Shown piece after piece: positions 46,564 through 57,454 of a stretch of 64,000 bases of DNA. Below the pieces are notes generated by a model. The model saw nothing but the letters and a program-made list of their open reading frames with translations. It ran no database searches and was not told the origin of the DNA. The number at the start of each line of letters is the position of its first letter. Position 1 is the first letter of the stretch. The DNA comes from Tubulanus polymorphus (taxonomy: Eukaryota > Animalia > Nemertea): contig NC_134032.1 of NCBI RefSeq assembly GCF_964204645.1, positions 4,488,175 through 4,552,174 on the forward strand. Direction: 5' to 3'. Position numbers and translations under genes: made by a program.

Positions 46564-46841
46564 TCGCGTGTCCCCCATAATAAACAGTCTATATATACCC
46601 ATTAAATGCAAAACGATAATAGCCCACTAGCGCGAAGGGAAAGCGCCTGACCCGATAGCCATCCTTGCAGGGCAGGGCGCAAAAGCCGCGATCGGCCCCT
46701 TTTAAATGCATAATCGCCGCATCCCGATCTCACGATAAAAAAAGGGGTGCTGCCTTTTTTTTTGTTTGTATACCTGTTGAGTATGATGATCAGGGCTTCT
46801 TATTATGCGCTTTAAATATTTGTGGGGAATTCTGTCAATGC

Positions 46842-47558
46842 TTAGGGGAGGGGTACAGGCGTCGGCGACTCGGTGCGATTGGTGAGCATTCCAAATGCCC
46901 TGAGATCGTCTTCCTCGCTGCCTCTGGACGGGCCGCTCTTATTGCTTCCCGACAGCGGGTCAATCGGGGGCACCAATGGCCTTGGATCCGCAACAATAGG
47001 GCCTAAAGTGTCATTTTTAGTGCTGATCGTGAACGGGCTGACCGGGGGCAGCGATGGGCCCTGACCCGCAACAATAAGAGGGTATCTCATTTTCATAAAA
47101 GGCGCAGGGATCATGTTTTCATGGCTGCTTTTTATCATGCTGTTAGAGAGATTTTTCTTCATGGCATGTCGTATTGAGAATAGTTGGGAATTAATAGCTG
47201 CAATGGTTCCTATCCCCATGAAGGTGTAGTTTTTATTGAGCGCGATGCTGGACTCAAAGGCGCGGAGGACGTACTGATAATTATAATCGGCAGATCCGCT
47301 GATCATGTATGCGTTTTCTCTGTCGGCTGCGGAGGCCCTGGTCGGTTCATTATGTTGGAGCCTGGAGCCTATCTCAATACCTATCTCTCTCAAGTTCCTA
47401 ATCAAGATATTCATCGTCCCGCAAAAAGAAAAATAGAAGGAAAAGTCGATTCTCTTGTCGCTGATTTCATAGGTGTTAATTGCGCCAATGATAAAAGAGG
47501 TTATTTGATTCACAATGCTTTTGCAGGCCCTGATCAGATTTTGGATGTTGTCGGCCAT
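46842..47558 (-). CDS. Viral orphan protein with Pro/Ser-rich tail
   Basis: 238 aa; TTATTAG upstream; T7 downstream. Confidence 0.7.
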   Translation of the reverse strand: MADNIQNLIRACKSIVNQITSFIIGAINTYEISDKRIDFSFYFSFCGTMNILIRNLREIGIEIGSRLQHNEPTRASAADRENAYMISGSADYNYQYVLRAFESSIALNKNYTFMGIGTIAAINSQLFSIRHAMKKNLSNSMIKSSHENMIPAPFMKMRYPLIVAGQGPSLPPVSPFTISTKNDTLGPIVADPRPLVPPIDPLSGSNKSGPSRGSEEDDLRAFGMLTNRTESPTPVPLP

Positions 47559-47642
47559 CCTGATACTCTAATAACAAAAAAAAAAATAATAACGCCCACT
47601 TGAGATCCCCATGACGGCGCGATATCGAGGTAGGGCAGGGCC

Positions 47643-48032
47643 TTATTCGAGGAGCTCTGAGGGCAATTCTGCGATTTTGCGCTTGTTTTTGCGCTTGGGC
47701 TTGGGGAGATCTCCTCCGTCGAGGGGAATCAGAGTGGCGTTGCCCATCTCATCTTCCTTTATTTGATGGAAGGCCAGCGGGCCGTCAGGCGCTTTATGTC
47801 TCTTTTTGATCATCGTGCCGAATCGATCGGTTTCGGGGGGAGAGGTCCCTGCTTGCTGCATGATCATCGTTGTCTGTGCCTTATTAAATGCATTGAGCGC
47901 GTCTTTGGAGAGCGCGGCGTCTTTGGTCTTTTTAAAAAGCACGGCCAGGACCACCACGATGACGATCAAGACACATAAAATAGTCAAGCACACGCAAGTT
48001 TCGGGGTTGTTAATGTCGAGCATAATTGGCAC
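47643..48032 (-). CDS. Viral single-pass membrane protein with basic tail
   Basis: TM CVCLTILCVLIVIVVVLAVLF; KPKRKNKRK; likely ATG at 48023. Confidence 0.7.
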   Translation of the reverse strand: MPIMLDINNPETCVCLTILCVLIVIVVVLAVLFKKTKDAALSKDALNAFNKAQTTMIMQQAGTSPPETDRFGTMIKKRHKAPDGPLAFHQIKEDEMGNATLIPLDGGDLPKPKRKNKRKIAELPSELLE

Positions 48033-48134
48033 AGATCCGCGCTTCTACTGAATTTCGCAAGAAGTCGTTTACGTCATCTATAGTTCGAATATTACTATTA
48101 GATAAAATTTGTGAATACTTTTTTAAAAGGGGCC

Positions 48135-48855
48135 ATGGCGACTTTCGATGAGCTGCGCGAATATTGCGAAGAATGTCATGCGGCAATGACCCTGACCCAA
48201 AAATCGTATGTGTGTAGGTATTGTCTGTTTGAACTGCCTCACCGCCAAAACCGAAATCCCATAATGAGTCACGTTCCTCACCCTGCGCAAAGAGGGCGAG
48301 CTTTATGCCGCCAATCGCCTAGAAGAACTGCTCGACAAGGTCAAAGATTATGTTGATGCATACACGGCCGAAATCAAAGAAGTGTCTGCGAGCGCCGCTG
48401 CCGAGAGCCTTATAGATCTGCGCACTCAGATAGATCGCATGACAGCTGCCAACGAGAAGCAAATCGCCGAGGCCCATGCAGACGCCGTGGCATCCACAAA
48501 CTACTCTGCCCTCGCCATCCTCAAAGTAGACGCAGCCATCCGCACAAAAACCCCTTACCTCGAGCGGATAGTTCTAGACAAAATGACCCAGTACTCTCTC
48601 GCGGCCGCTACCAATCGCACCAAAACCCTAATCACCAAGCTGTATGCCCCGACCCTCGCGGAATACAGCAACAGGACCGCCCATGTCATCGAGGGATTCA
48701 ACGCACTGATCATTAATGTCAAAGACAACAGTAAAGAGATCAATGCCACAGAGCTAAGACTCCAGGCCCTGATCGACGAGGCCAGGGCTCAGTGGGATCT
48801 TTACATCCCGTGCCTGCGCAAACTCCAGACAACTCTCTGCGGCGCCAGCCCATAA
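48135..48855 (+). pseudogene. B-box-like zinc finger plus coiled-coil (TRIM-like) protein, split by a frameshift near 48272
   Basis: CEECH..VCRYC..H..H, then in the next frame TFLTLRKEGEL and a long heptad region; T9 at 48900. Confidence 0.5.
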
Positions 48856-48954
48856 ACATAGGCAGCGCCTCCTCGTATTTATGCTTTATTAACCATTGAT
48901 TTTTTTTTATAGCCGATTCATGTTTGCGGCCGAGTTTCTTTTATAGGTACTAGA

Positions 48955-49659
48955 ATGACTACTTATATCAGCATCGACGCCCTGAACAACTTAAAACCAA
49001 GGATGCCTACCATCCCGCCAAAGCCCCCTGTGTCGCCTATCCCACCCTTGTCTCCCACAGCGACCTCACCAAGCAGACGGCCCTGCTTATCTACTTCTAC
49101 TGCCTCATCTGCGCCTCGCAGTCCACCGCCCACAGTGCGCCCTCTAAGCAGGGACTCTTCTATCTTTATGGCCACTTCTACCCGGCCCCCACAGCTCATT
49201 AGGCACCCCCCGCCAGACACCGGCATTTACTCTGAAATCAAAAGCACCCCCACCGTGCGCACAAATGACTGCTATGTCCCTTGGGGCCCATTCACGCCAA
49301 ACCCAGCCGTAGAATATCAGGACTGCTATAAACGCTCGGCCCCTCGCGCCAAAAAGCCCCGCCGGCAGCGGCCCCAGTGCCACACTGGCATGATCATGCC
49401 CCTGATCGCAATCTTAGCAGTGTTTGCCCTTGGAATCTGCGCGATTATCTGCGCAAGCGGGCTCTTCGTTGAGCGGCCGCCCAGCGCAGGACCTATCAAC
49501 GGCCTCCAATGCATCACCCAAGAGGTCAAGTGCAGTACCCTGCTCACAATGGCGCGGGCCCAGGCCCATCAGGTCGCCTACCGCCAAATTAGACGCATCA
49601 TCAAAAGGGTCATGCGCCATTATCGCAAAGCCCCGCACAATTGTTCAAGTTCTTCATAA
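48955..49659 (+). CDS. Viral type II membrane protein with Pro/Ser-rich cytoplasmic region
   Basis: PxxP-rich, IYSEI motif, TM ~147-171. Confidence 0.7.
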   Translation: MTTYISIDALNNLKPRMPTIPPKPPVSPIPPLSPTATSPSRRPCLSTSTASSAPRSPPPTVRPLSRDSSIFMATSTRPPQLIRHPPPDTGIYSEIKSTPTVRTNDCYVPWGPFTPNPAVEYQDCYKRSAPRAKKPRRQRPQCHTGMIMPLIAILAVFALGICAIICASGLFVERPPSAGPINGLQCITQEVKCSTLLTMARAQAHQVAYRQIRRIIKRVMRHYRKAPHNCSSSS

Positions 49660-49694
49660 TGGCATTGTTTAATATCTCTTTATTTTTTTAAGGA

Positions 49695-50120
49695 ATGCTG
49701 TCATATATGATTTTTAGAAAGCCTGCACCCATGACCGGCCGATATCATCCAAGAAGTTTATCTCCAACCATTCGAAACTGGGTCTGGGTCGCCATTTCTG
49801 CAGGGATTGCAACCGCGATCCTCTTGGCAGGGGCCTCTTTGTGCCTGACCCTGACTATGCGGACCTGCCACATGAAGGAGCCGGCCGTGATCCTTCGGCG
49901 CTTAAGGGACAGGAATGCCACCAACAGCAGCATTCCTAACCCGAGATTTGCCAAGTGCAGCGGCAAAGTGAATAGCACTGTAATTGACTATGATTGTCTC
50001 ACCCATAGGATCCTGCACAAAGTGCGGCGCAAAAGCAAAGTCATCTCTTTCGACTCGTCCCTAAAAGAGCGCACAGTGGCTTTCTTCAAAACACTGCTGA
50101 AAAGGCTGAAGACCTTGTAG
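49695..50120 (+). CDS. Viral type II membrane glycoprotein
   Basis: TM ~29-53, N-x-S/T sites; T10 downstream. Confidence 0.65.
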   Translation: MLSYMIFRKPAPMTGRYHPRSLSPTIRNWVWVAISAGIATAILLAGASLCLTLTMRTCHMKEPAVILRRLRDRNATNSSIPNPRFAKCSGKVNSTVIDYDCLTHRILHKVRRKSKVISFDSSLKERTVAFFKTLLKRLKTL

Positions 50121-50243
50121 GCTCTTATGCACGCTTGTCTTCCAAACCGCCCAAAATCTTTTATAAGCCCTTATACGGCTTGTCTTTAATGTTTTTTTTT
50201 TGCGCGCTCCCGCAAACAAGGCAAAAAAAAAAATAATCCAAAT

Positions 50244-50753
50244 CTACAGCACTCTTGGCCTTTGGTACACCTGCGGCAAGTAGCCCTCTTCGCCCCTCAG
50301 GCAAGCTTCCTTGGATATGTCGCCCAGGCACAGCCCCGTGGGCAACTCCCTGCCCTTGTCCAATCTGACACTAAAGCCCTCAAAATTGGGGCATGGGAAA
50401 AACTTCATGCAGGTATAGTTAGTTGGCGCAGGGTCCCCCGCAGTACTAACCGCAAAGCACACACAGCCGGTCGAGGCAGGGGGCTGCTTAGAAAAGACCT
50501 GATATGCCATAAGGCCCGACAAGATCATAAATAAGAGCACGAGGACAAGTTCAGGCGCGCACCCTAGGCGTCGTGGCGGCGCTGCAGGGTCCTTTTGTTT
50601 GCTGGGGACCACTACAGCCCCTTTGGGCAGCCCAGCGGCCTCTACATCCTTGTCACTTACGCCGGCTACCTGCGAGAGATCTTTCCGCGCAGGCGCGCCC
50701 ACTGTTTCATCAAGGCCCTTGGCAGACTTGTTCAGCAGATACTTGAAAATCAT
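50244..50753 (-). CDS. Viral membrane protein with Cys-rich ectodomain
   Basis: TM LVLVLLFMILSGLMAY, six Cys after it; T11 downstream. Confidence 0.7.
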   Translation of the reverse strand: MIFKYLLNKSAKGLDETVGAPARKDLSQVAGVSDKDVEAAGLPKGAVVVPSKQKDPAAPPRRLGCAPELVLVLLFMILSGLMAYQVFSKQPPASTGCVCFAVSTAGDPAPTNYTCMKFFPCPNFEGFSVRLDKGRELPTGLCLGDISKEACLRGEEGYLPQVYQRPRVL

Positions 50754-50910
50754 TATTACTTAATTTATACAACTATATATATCTAAAAAAAAAATAGAAT
50801 AAGCATGCATGGACGCATGCCCTTAACTAGTATATAAAATAAGCAGCACCATCAGTATATTTTCATTGCAAGCAGATATAGGGCGGAAGCACTGATCATT
50901 TCGTTTCAAG

Positions 50911-51864
50911 CTACTCAGCGCCTGATCCTTCAAAGTCATCTAGCACCACTTCATCGTCACGGGGAATGCTCTCTTCTGTAGGCTCTTCTTTGGACGGACT
51001 TGGCCTTTTAGTCGGGATTGCATCATCTTCTGCTGCCTCTTTGCGAGGAGCACCTGCCCCATCAGCATTGGGCAGGGGGGTTTCTGGCTCTATCTTCGCG
51101 GTCGTCAGATTGATGAGGCCGCTGGTCTCTGCGAACTTCTCGAAGGGCTCTTCTGCGCTCTGGTCTGGCTCTATGTCATTTAGCTCAGGGACCTGCGGCG
51201 CTTTGACTTTGTCCTCTTTCACTATGTTGTTCCTTTGGGCTGGGAGCGCAGGAGTGGGGGCTTTTTTGGCGGCTGATGCCAATGTCTGATTATATGCAGT
51301 TAGCTCAGATTTAAAGGCGGCGTCTCTTGTGCTCGATTCATTCGCGACCTGGGCGATTTTCGTGTTTAGGGCAGTTTTCAAGGCATACTCTCTCTCACGC
51401 GCGTTATTGTCAATGCGAATGATTTTCTGGCTTAGCTTGTCAGAAAGTGTCTGGTCTTTTTGGATCACTTTCTCCATGAACCGTTCGACTTTGTAGTCTA
51501 TAACCAGGCGAATGGCCTGGTCTTCTTCATACGCGGTGTTGTGGTTATGGGTCACTTTCCTGCCTAGAGCCTTGAGTCGGCCCTCAATTAACTTGTCAGC
51601 AGTGTCGACAAAGTCTAAGCGGCGGCGCCACACGCCTATGGACTCCAAGCCGTTGTCCAAGGACTCCAAATCGTTCTGGTCAAATTCAAAGTGGCCTGCG
51701 CGTCCGTGGTAGATGCTAAAGGCAATGACCGTAACAAACACCAGCGTCGAGACTATCAGGCTGAATACGATTAGCCTCGTTACCAGGGGCAGGCGCAGAT
51801 ACACAGACTCGTAAATACGGCCCGGGTCTGGCTCACTATCATCAAGGTCTGGGTCCACACACAT
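50911..51864 (-). CDS. Viral type II membrane protein with coiled-coil stalk and acidic tail
   Basis: IYESV motif, TM ~31-52, heptads; a probable upstream TAAAATG at 51884 is out of frame. Confidence 0.75.
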   Translation of the reverse strand: MCVDPDLDDSEPDPGRIYESVYLRLPLVTRLIVFSLIVSTLVFVTVIAFSIYHGRAGHFEFDQNDLESLDNGLESIGVWRRRLDFVDTADKLIEGRLKALGRKVTHNHNTAYEEDQAIRLVIDYKVERFMEKVIQKDQTLSDKLSQKIIRIDNNAREREYALKTALNTKIAQVANESSTRDAAFKSELTAYNQTLASAAKKAPTPALPAQRNNIVKEDKVKAPQVPELNDIEPDQSAEEPFEKFAETSGLINLTTAKIEPETPLPNADGAGAPRKEAAEDDAIPTKRPSPSKEEPTEESIPRDDEVVLDDFEGSGAE

Positions 51865-51973
51865 TAAGCAGGCTAGCGCGCCATTTTATTAATATTTTTT
51901 TTTAGTTTCTTTGCCATGTAGATTATTTCACAAACGCCCGATGCTTAGCCCCTCCAATTTTCTTGAGACCGGT

Positions 51974-52672
51974 ATGGACGCCCCCGAGCGCATCCGCGCA
52001 GATATCATAGGATTAATTCTTCAGATCAAACACAACATCCTAACCAACACCAATAGCAAAAATGAATGCGAGTCCATCCATAGAGAGCTCGCCCGCCACT
52101 CGCTGGCCGTCCGCACCCAAATGAATAAAACCGCCCAAAAGATAGTCCTGCTGACAGATATCATGGTCACTCATCCCAAGAGAGTCATGACTCTAGCCAC
52201 CCAAGATCTGAGAGGCTACGTGTCCGAGCTCGAGGACTATATCGCTGCTGACCAATTTTCTCATAGCGTTCTGCCCGTTATCGAAGAATTGGAAGTGCCC
52301 TTGGAGGTGACAGAGATCGGCCAAGTTTACAATCGCGGGCAGGCCACTATCATTTCCAACATCTGCCTTCAACTACAAGAGCGCTATCCCGGCTTATACG
52401 ATAATGTGTGCGTCTTAAAGCATCCCGAAATGCCCCGCAAATTTACACTAGGCAATTTCTATCCTAGCTCTGAGAGTCTGGCCCCATCACAGACTGACTC
52501 AGCGTATGAAGAACTCGTTTCGCCTATGAAAAAAGATCAGCAGGCCCTGGACGACCACACTGCCACCAATCTCCGCCTAGAGCAGTGGGTCGCATCTAGT
52601 TCCCCCAACGCCCCAAAAGAAGATGCCATGGCCCCTGCAGGCGCCCCTGAGAAAACATTTCTAACCTGTTAG
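51974..52672 (+). CDS. Viral coiled-coil orphan protein
   Basis: Likely start MDAPER; T10 at 52727. Confidence 0.7.
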   Translation: MDAPERIRADIIGLILQIKHNILTNTNSKNECESIHRELARHSLAVRTQMNKTAQKIVLLTDIMVTHPKRVMTLATQDLRGYVSELEDYIAADQFSHSVLPVIEELEVPLEVTEIGQVYNRGQATIISNICLQLQERYPGLYDNVCVLKHPEMPRKFTLGNFYPSSESLAPSQTDSAYEELVSPMKKDQQALDDHTATNLRLEQWVASSSPNAPKEDAMAPAGAPEKTFLTC

Positions 52673-52860
52673 TCGCTGCCTTCTTTCCAATCCTTTGCAT
52701 TTCGCAGGCGCCCTCTCGCCACATGATTTTTTTTTTAGAGAGGGCCTTGAACCTAGGCGCCCGAAAAAAAAGAGCATAGACATCTGCGCTGCCTGCCGCT
52801 TGCCAGCGCTTATTTTATATTTTCCTCGCATTATAGCAGGAGCCCGGACTAGCCCCAATC

Positions 52861-53214
52861 ATGGAGAGAGCCTGCTATACTCTTGTGATGGACACCGCCC
52901 GCACTTCTAAAGAGCACCTTTACATTCAGACTTCTTTTCCCGATATGGCCATCTCCGAAACGCAAGAGGCCCTCGCAGCCTTAAAAGACAGCATTGGCGA
53001 TATCGCGCATGTGCAGGCCCACACCCACCCTTATTCAAATGACTTCCATCCGCTCCTGAATGACGTGCTGCTCATGACTAAAGTCTCAAAGGCGCACGCG
53101 TCGACGATCTATAGCAATGCTGTGGCTGATGCCTTGCTGCAAGCGCTCCCTTATAGCGACACACTGCGACAACACGGACAACGCTCCCTTATAGCGACAA
53201 CATGGTGTGTTTAA
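52861..53214 (+). CDS. Viral orphan protein whose 3' end runs into the repeat block
   Basis: 117 aa; TTATAG upstream. Confidence 0.55.
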   Translation: MERACYTLVMDTARTSKEHLYIQTSFPDMAISETQEALAALKDSIGDIAHVQAHTHPYSNDFHPLLNDVLLMTKVSKAHASTIYSNAVADALLQALPYSDTLRQHGQRSLIATTWCV

Positions 53215-54440
53215 GGGTTTCTTCATTGATGGCGTTTCTGCGTGAATGGCGTTTCTACGTGAACGAGGGCAGGGATCCAATGAATAACTGCTTCTTTTTC
53301 TCGCTTGATTCGCAAATGGTGTGTTTAAGGGTTTCTTCATCGATGGCGTTTTTGGCGTGGATGGCGTTTTTGGCGTGGATGGCGTTTTTGGCGCGAATGG
53401 CGTTTTTTGCGCGAATGGGGGGCAGGGATCCAATGAATGCCTGCTCATTTGCCGCTCGATGAGCTCGCCTGAGGGGTCATTTCCCGCCTGGTGCGCCGCC
53501 TGACTGCTGATTTCCCGCACGATTCGCAAAAGATTTCGCAAATGGTGTGTTTAGGGTTTCTTTCATTGATGCCATTTCTGCGTGAACGAAGTCAGGCGCC
53601 TTTTTTATCTTACTGTCTTTCCTGCGGCTTTGGGCATCGATGAGCAAAGGGGGTCGGCACTTTTGGCGTGCGAGCGTGCTTTTGTGAGTAGAAAAGGGCG
53701 TTCCTGCGTACCTGACGGCAGGGCCCCTCCCTCTTTTCTCTTCGCGATTCGCACAGATTTCATAAATGGTGTGTTTAGGGTTTCTTTCATTGATGGCGTT
53801 TCTGCGCGGATGGCGTTTTTGCGTGAACGAGCGCAGGGATCTAATGAATGGCTGCTGGTTTCTCGCCCGATTCGCAAAGGGCGCTGATGGCGTTTCTCGC
53901 CCGATTCGCAAAGGGCGCTGATGGCGTTTCTCGCCCGATTCGCAAAGGGCGCTGATGGCGTTTCTCGCCCGATTCGCAAAGGGCGCTGATGGCGTTTCTC
54001 GCCCGATTCGCAAAGGGCGCTGATGGCGTTTCTCGCCCGATTCGCAAAGGGCGCTGATGGCGTTTCTCGCCCGATTCGCAAAGGGCGCTGATGGCGTTTC
54101 TGCGTGAACGAGGGCAGGGGGTCTCCATTCTTTTGCTGATTTCTCGGGGCATTGAGCGGATGATTTAGGATGATTGGCGCAACGATTGAAAAAAATACAA
54201 AGATGCGTACTTAGGGTTTTTTGTGAAGGGCATTTTCGGCGCGAAGGGGGGCAGGGGCCTTTGGGGCCTTTGGAGGGGCCTGCGGAGAGGGGGGGGGCCA
54301 AAAAAAAAGGCGTAAAAACCCCCCTATGGGAGCTTAGTGGACACTCAGGCGCTGACCAGGCGCGCGAGGGCGCTATAAACACCGTGGGAAAAGGGGAGCC
54401 AATGGGGGTCAATCCGGGCTACCCTCTTCCCCTATAAGGA
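53200..54440. repeat. Complex non-coding repeat block (candidate origin or terminal region)
   Basis: Four ~90-bp modules starting ATGGTGTGTTTA at 53202, 53316, 53542 and 53766; seven perfect 34-bp units at 53858-54095; hairpin 54386-54431. Confidence 0.9.
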
Positions 54441-54857
54441 AAAAAAAGTATGTTAAGTGAGCGGGAAATCGCAATTGGCCTTTTACGAAAGAAAGGTACA
54501 GTTATTCAGTGGGGCTTTGAGAATGGAGCGCATAGCGAGAGTGGATTCATTGTTACTGCCGGACTTCACTCAGGAAGAATTTAATTCTCTGTTGATTATA
54601 GTGTTCGGGTCTATTGAGTTTCAGCTCTTTCTACTCTTAATTTCGAGTGTACTATCCGGCTTCACACAGGCAGGGTGGCAAAGGGCGGAACTGAATAGGA
54701 TCTGTCTATTTGGGGGCCCATAGTAGAGCTTTTATGGGCGCGGCAGAGCAGAGGGGCAAAATGATTTCAGCAAGATTTCATGAAGGAGTGGTTTAAGGCT
54801 TTGCGCACAATGCGTTTTTTTTTTTGCGCGGCAAGAGAAGAAAAAAAAAGAATAAGG

Positions 54858-55673
54858 CTAAGAGGAGGGCGCTGCGATAGGCAGGGAGTCTGTTTGGGGC
54901 ATCTGTTTGACGGCTATGGCGTCTAGTGCGCTTAAAAAGGTCAGGGCCTGAGTGACGTCAGTGAGGCGAAAGCAGCGGCATGGAACATCATGGAAGGGCA
55001 CGGGATCCCGGCGCTTGATGTATAGCGGCAGGACTCCGATGTCTTCTACGACCTGCGTAAACAGCGTCAGCTCTTGCGCCAATAGAGCCTCGCTGGTCTC
55101 TTTGCAGTAGATGTGCACTTGGGCGGCATCGGCGATTTCGCTAGTGTCATGATCGATTAGGACGTTGCTGTCCTTTAAGCGGGAGTATCGCAGGGGCGTT
55201 TTGGTGATAGGGGGCTTTTTTGGAAGGGCGTAGCCGGCTATCTGCGAGTAGTTATTGGCAAACAGCAAGGGGCGATTGGGCGCCCTTTGGAGAAGGCGCA
55301 CATTATTCCACATGTGAACAATGCCTATGATGTGGTGCTCAAAATACCGAGTGAGCTTCATGCCCTCTGTCGTGAGCGTTTCTTCGCCTAGTGCGCTGTA
55401 TTGTTGGAGGATGTCAAAGATGACATTGATGGCGATGTGCGCCTGAACCATGGTGCCTGCCCAGTCGGGCTCGCGGAGCTTATAAGTGAGGAGCAGATCT
55501 TCTATGCCTTTGTATGTGAAGAGCAGGGCCTGCTCGAGCGCTTTCATTCTGTCTTTGGCCACGGTGTCGAGCGCTTGGTGGCCTTTTACGAATGCGCCTA
55601 TAAATTCAGCGGCCGTGGATGCATCTCCAAGGTAGAGCAGCGCCTGGCGCTTTAAGTTGGTTAATGGGTCCAT
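54858..55673 (-). CDS. Viral multigene-family member (duplicate copy)
   Basis: EPDWAGTMVQAHIAI motif; likely start MDPLTN. Confidence 0.8.
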   Translation of the reverse strand: MDPLTNLKRQALLYLGDASTAAEFIGAFVKGHQALDTVAKDRMKALEQALLFTYKGIEDLLLTYKLREPDWAGTMVQAHIAINVIFDILQQYSALGEETLTTEGMKLTRYFEHHIIGIVHMWNNVRLLQRAPNRPLLFANNYSQIAGYALPKKPPITKTPLRYSRLKDSNVLIDHDTSEIADAAQVHIYCKETSEALLAQELTLFTQVVEDIGVLPLYIKRRDPVPFHDVPCRCFRLTDVTQALTFLSALDAIAVKQMPQTDSLPIAAPSS

Positions 55674-56456
55674 TTTTTGTCTCAAAATCTATAGTGGGCC
55701 CCTGATCAAATGTGCATAGCATGCCGGCGCGGGGCAGAGGGGGCAAAAAAAAGCAGTTATGCAAGAGGCTGAGTGTTTGTGCCTGATGGCGGGGGGAGGC
55801 GAGAGATAGCGATCTGCTTTAATGTATCAATATGCTCTAGCGCGCTGTCTGCTGTGGGGAGAAGAAAGCAGCGGTATGGTAGGTCATCTAAGATCGGATA
55901 GTGACTTTTATGGAGAATGCGCGGCATATTGGCGATCTTGTTGGCGATGGTGCTGATGTAAGTAGTCTTGATTGCTTGGAGGTCTTGGCTTTTCTAATTT
56001 TTTGCGCGAACGGGGGGCAGGGATCCAATGAATACCTGCTCATTTGCCGCTCGATGAGCTCGCCTGAGGGGTCATTTCCCGCCTGGTGCGCCGCCTGACT
56101 GCTGATTTCCCGCACGATTCGCAAAAGATTTCGCAAATGGTGTGTTTAGGGTTTCTTTCATTGATGCCATTTCTGCGTGAACGAAGTCAGGCGCCTTTTT
56201 TATCTTTCTTACTGTCTTTCCTGCGGCTTTGGGCATCGATGAGCAAAGGGGGTCGGCACTTTTGGCGTGCGAGCGTGCTTTTGTGAGTAGAAAAGGGCGT
56301 TCCTGCGTACCTGACGGCAGGGCCCCTCCCTCTTTTCTCTTCGCGATTCGCACAGATTTCATAAATGGTGTGTTTAGGGTTTCTTTCATTGATGGCGTTT
56401 CTGCGCGGATGGCGTTTTTGCGTGAACGAGCGCAGGGATCTAATGAATGGCTGCTG

Positions 56457-56694
56457 GTTTCTCGCCCGATTCGCAAAGGGCGCTGATGGCGTTTCTCGCC
56501 CGATTCGCAAAGGGCGCTGATGGCGTTTCTCGCCCGATTCGCAAAGGGCGCTGATGGCGTTTCTCGCCCGATTCGCAAAGGGCGCTGATGGCGTTTCTCG
56601 CCCGATTCGCAAAGGGCGCTGATGGCGTTTCTCGCCCGATTCGCAAAGGGCGCTGATGGCGTTTCTCGCCCGATTCGCAAAGGGCGCTGATGGC
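56457..56694. repeat. Second 7 x 34-bp array
   Basis: GTTTCTCGCCCGATTCGCAAAGGGCGCTGATGGC x7. Confidence 0.95.
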
Positions 56695-57454
56695 GTTTCT
56701 GCGTGAACGAGGGCAGGGGGTCTCCATTCTTTTGCTGATTTCTCGGGGCATTGAGCGGATGATTTAGGATGATTGGCGCAACGATTGAAAAAAATACAAA
56801 GATGCGTACTTAGGGTTTTTTGTGAAGGGCATTTTCGGCGCGAAGGGGGGCAGGGGCCTTTGGGGCCTTTGGAGGGGCCTGCGGAGAGGGGGGGGGCCAA
56901 AAAAAGGCGTAAAAACCCCCCTATGGGAGCTTAGTGGACACTCAGGCGCTGACCAGGCGCGCGAGGGCGCTATAAGCACCGTGGGAAAAGGGGAGCCAAT
57001 GGGGGTCAATCCGGGCTACCCTCTTCCCCTATAAGGAAAAAAAAGTATGTTAAGTGAGCGGGAAATCGCAATTGGCCTTTTACGAAAGAAAGGTACAGTT
57101 ATTCAGTGGGGCTTTGAGAATGGAGCGCATAGCGAGAGTGGATTCATTGTTACTGCCGGACTTCACTCAGGAAGAATTTAATTCTCTGTTGATTATAGTG
57201 TTCGGGTCTATTGAGTTTCAGCTCTTTCTACTCTTAATTTCGAGTGTACTATCCGGCTTCACACAGGCAGGGTGGCAAAGGGCGGAACTGAATAGGATCT
57301 GTCTATTTGGGGGCCCATAGTAGAGCTTTTATGGGCGCGGCAGAGCAGAGGGGCAAAATGATTTCAGCAAGATTTCATGAAGGAGTGGTTTAAGGCTTTG
57401 CGCACAATGCGTTTTTTTTTTTGCGCGGCAAGAGAAGAAAAAAAAAGAATAAGG

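Noticed and set aside
53858-54095. CRISPR array (34-bp repeats)
   Set aside because: Units are directly abutting with no spacers; no cas genes; eukaryotic/viral context.
54457-54723. 88-aa plus-strand ORF (duplicated at 57054-57320)
   Set aside because: Could be a small real gene (T-run at 54815), but it has a GTG start, no motif and lies beside the repeat block; left uncalled.
53086-57009. Long ORFs across the repeat block (311, 237 and 202 aa, etc.)
   Set aside because: Open in several frames only because the 34-bp unit lacks stops; the frames differ between the two duplicates.
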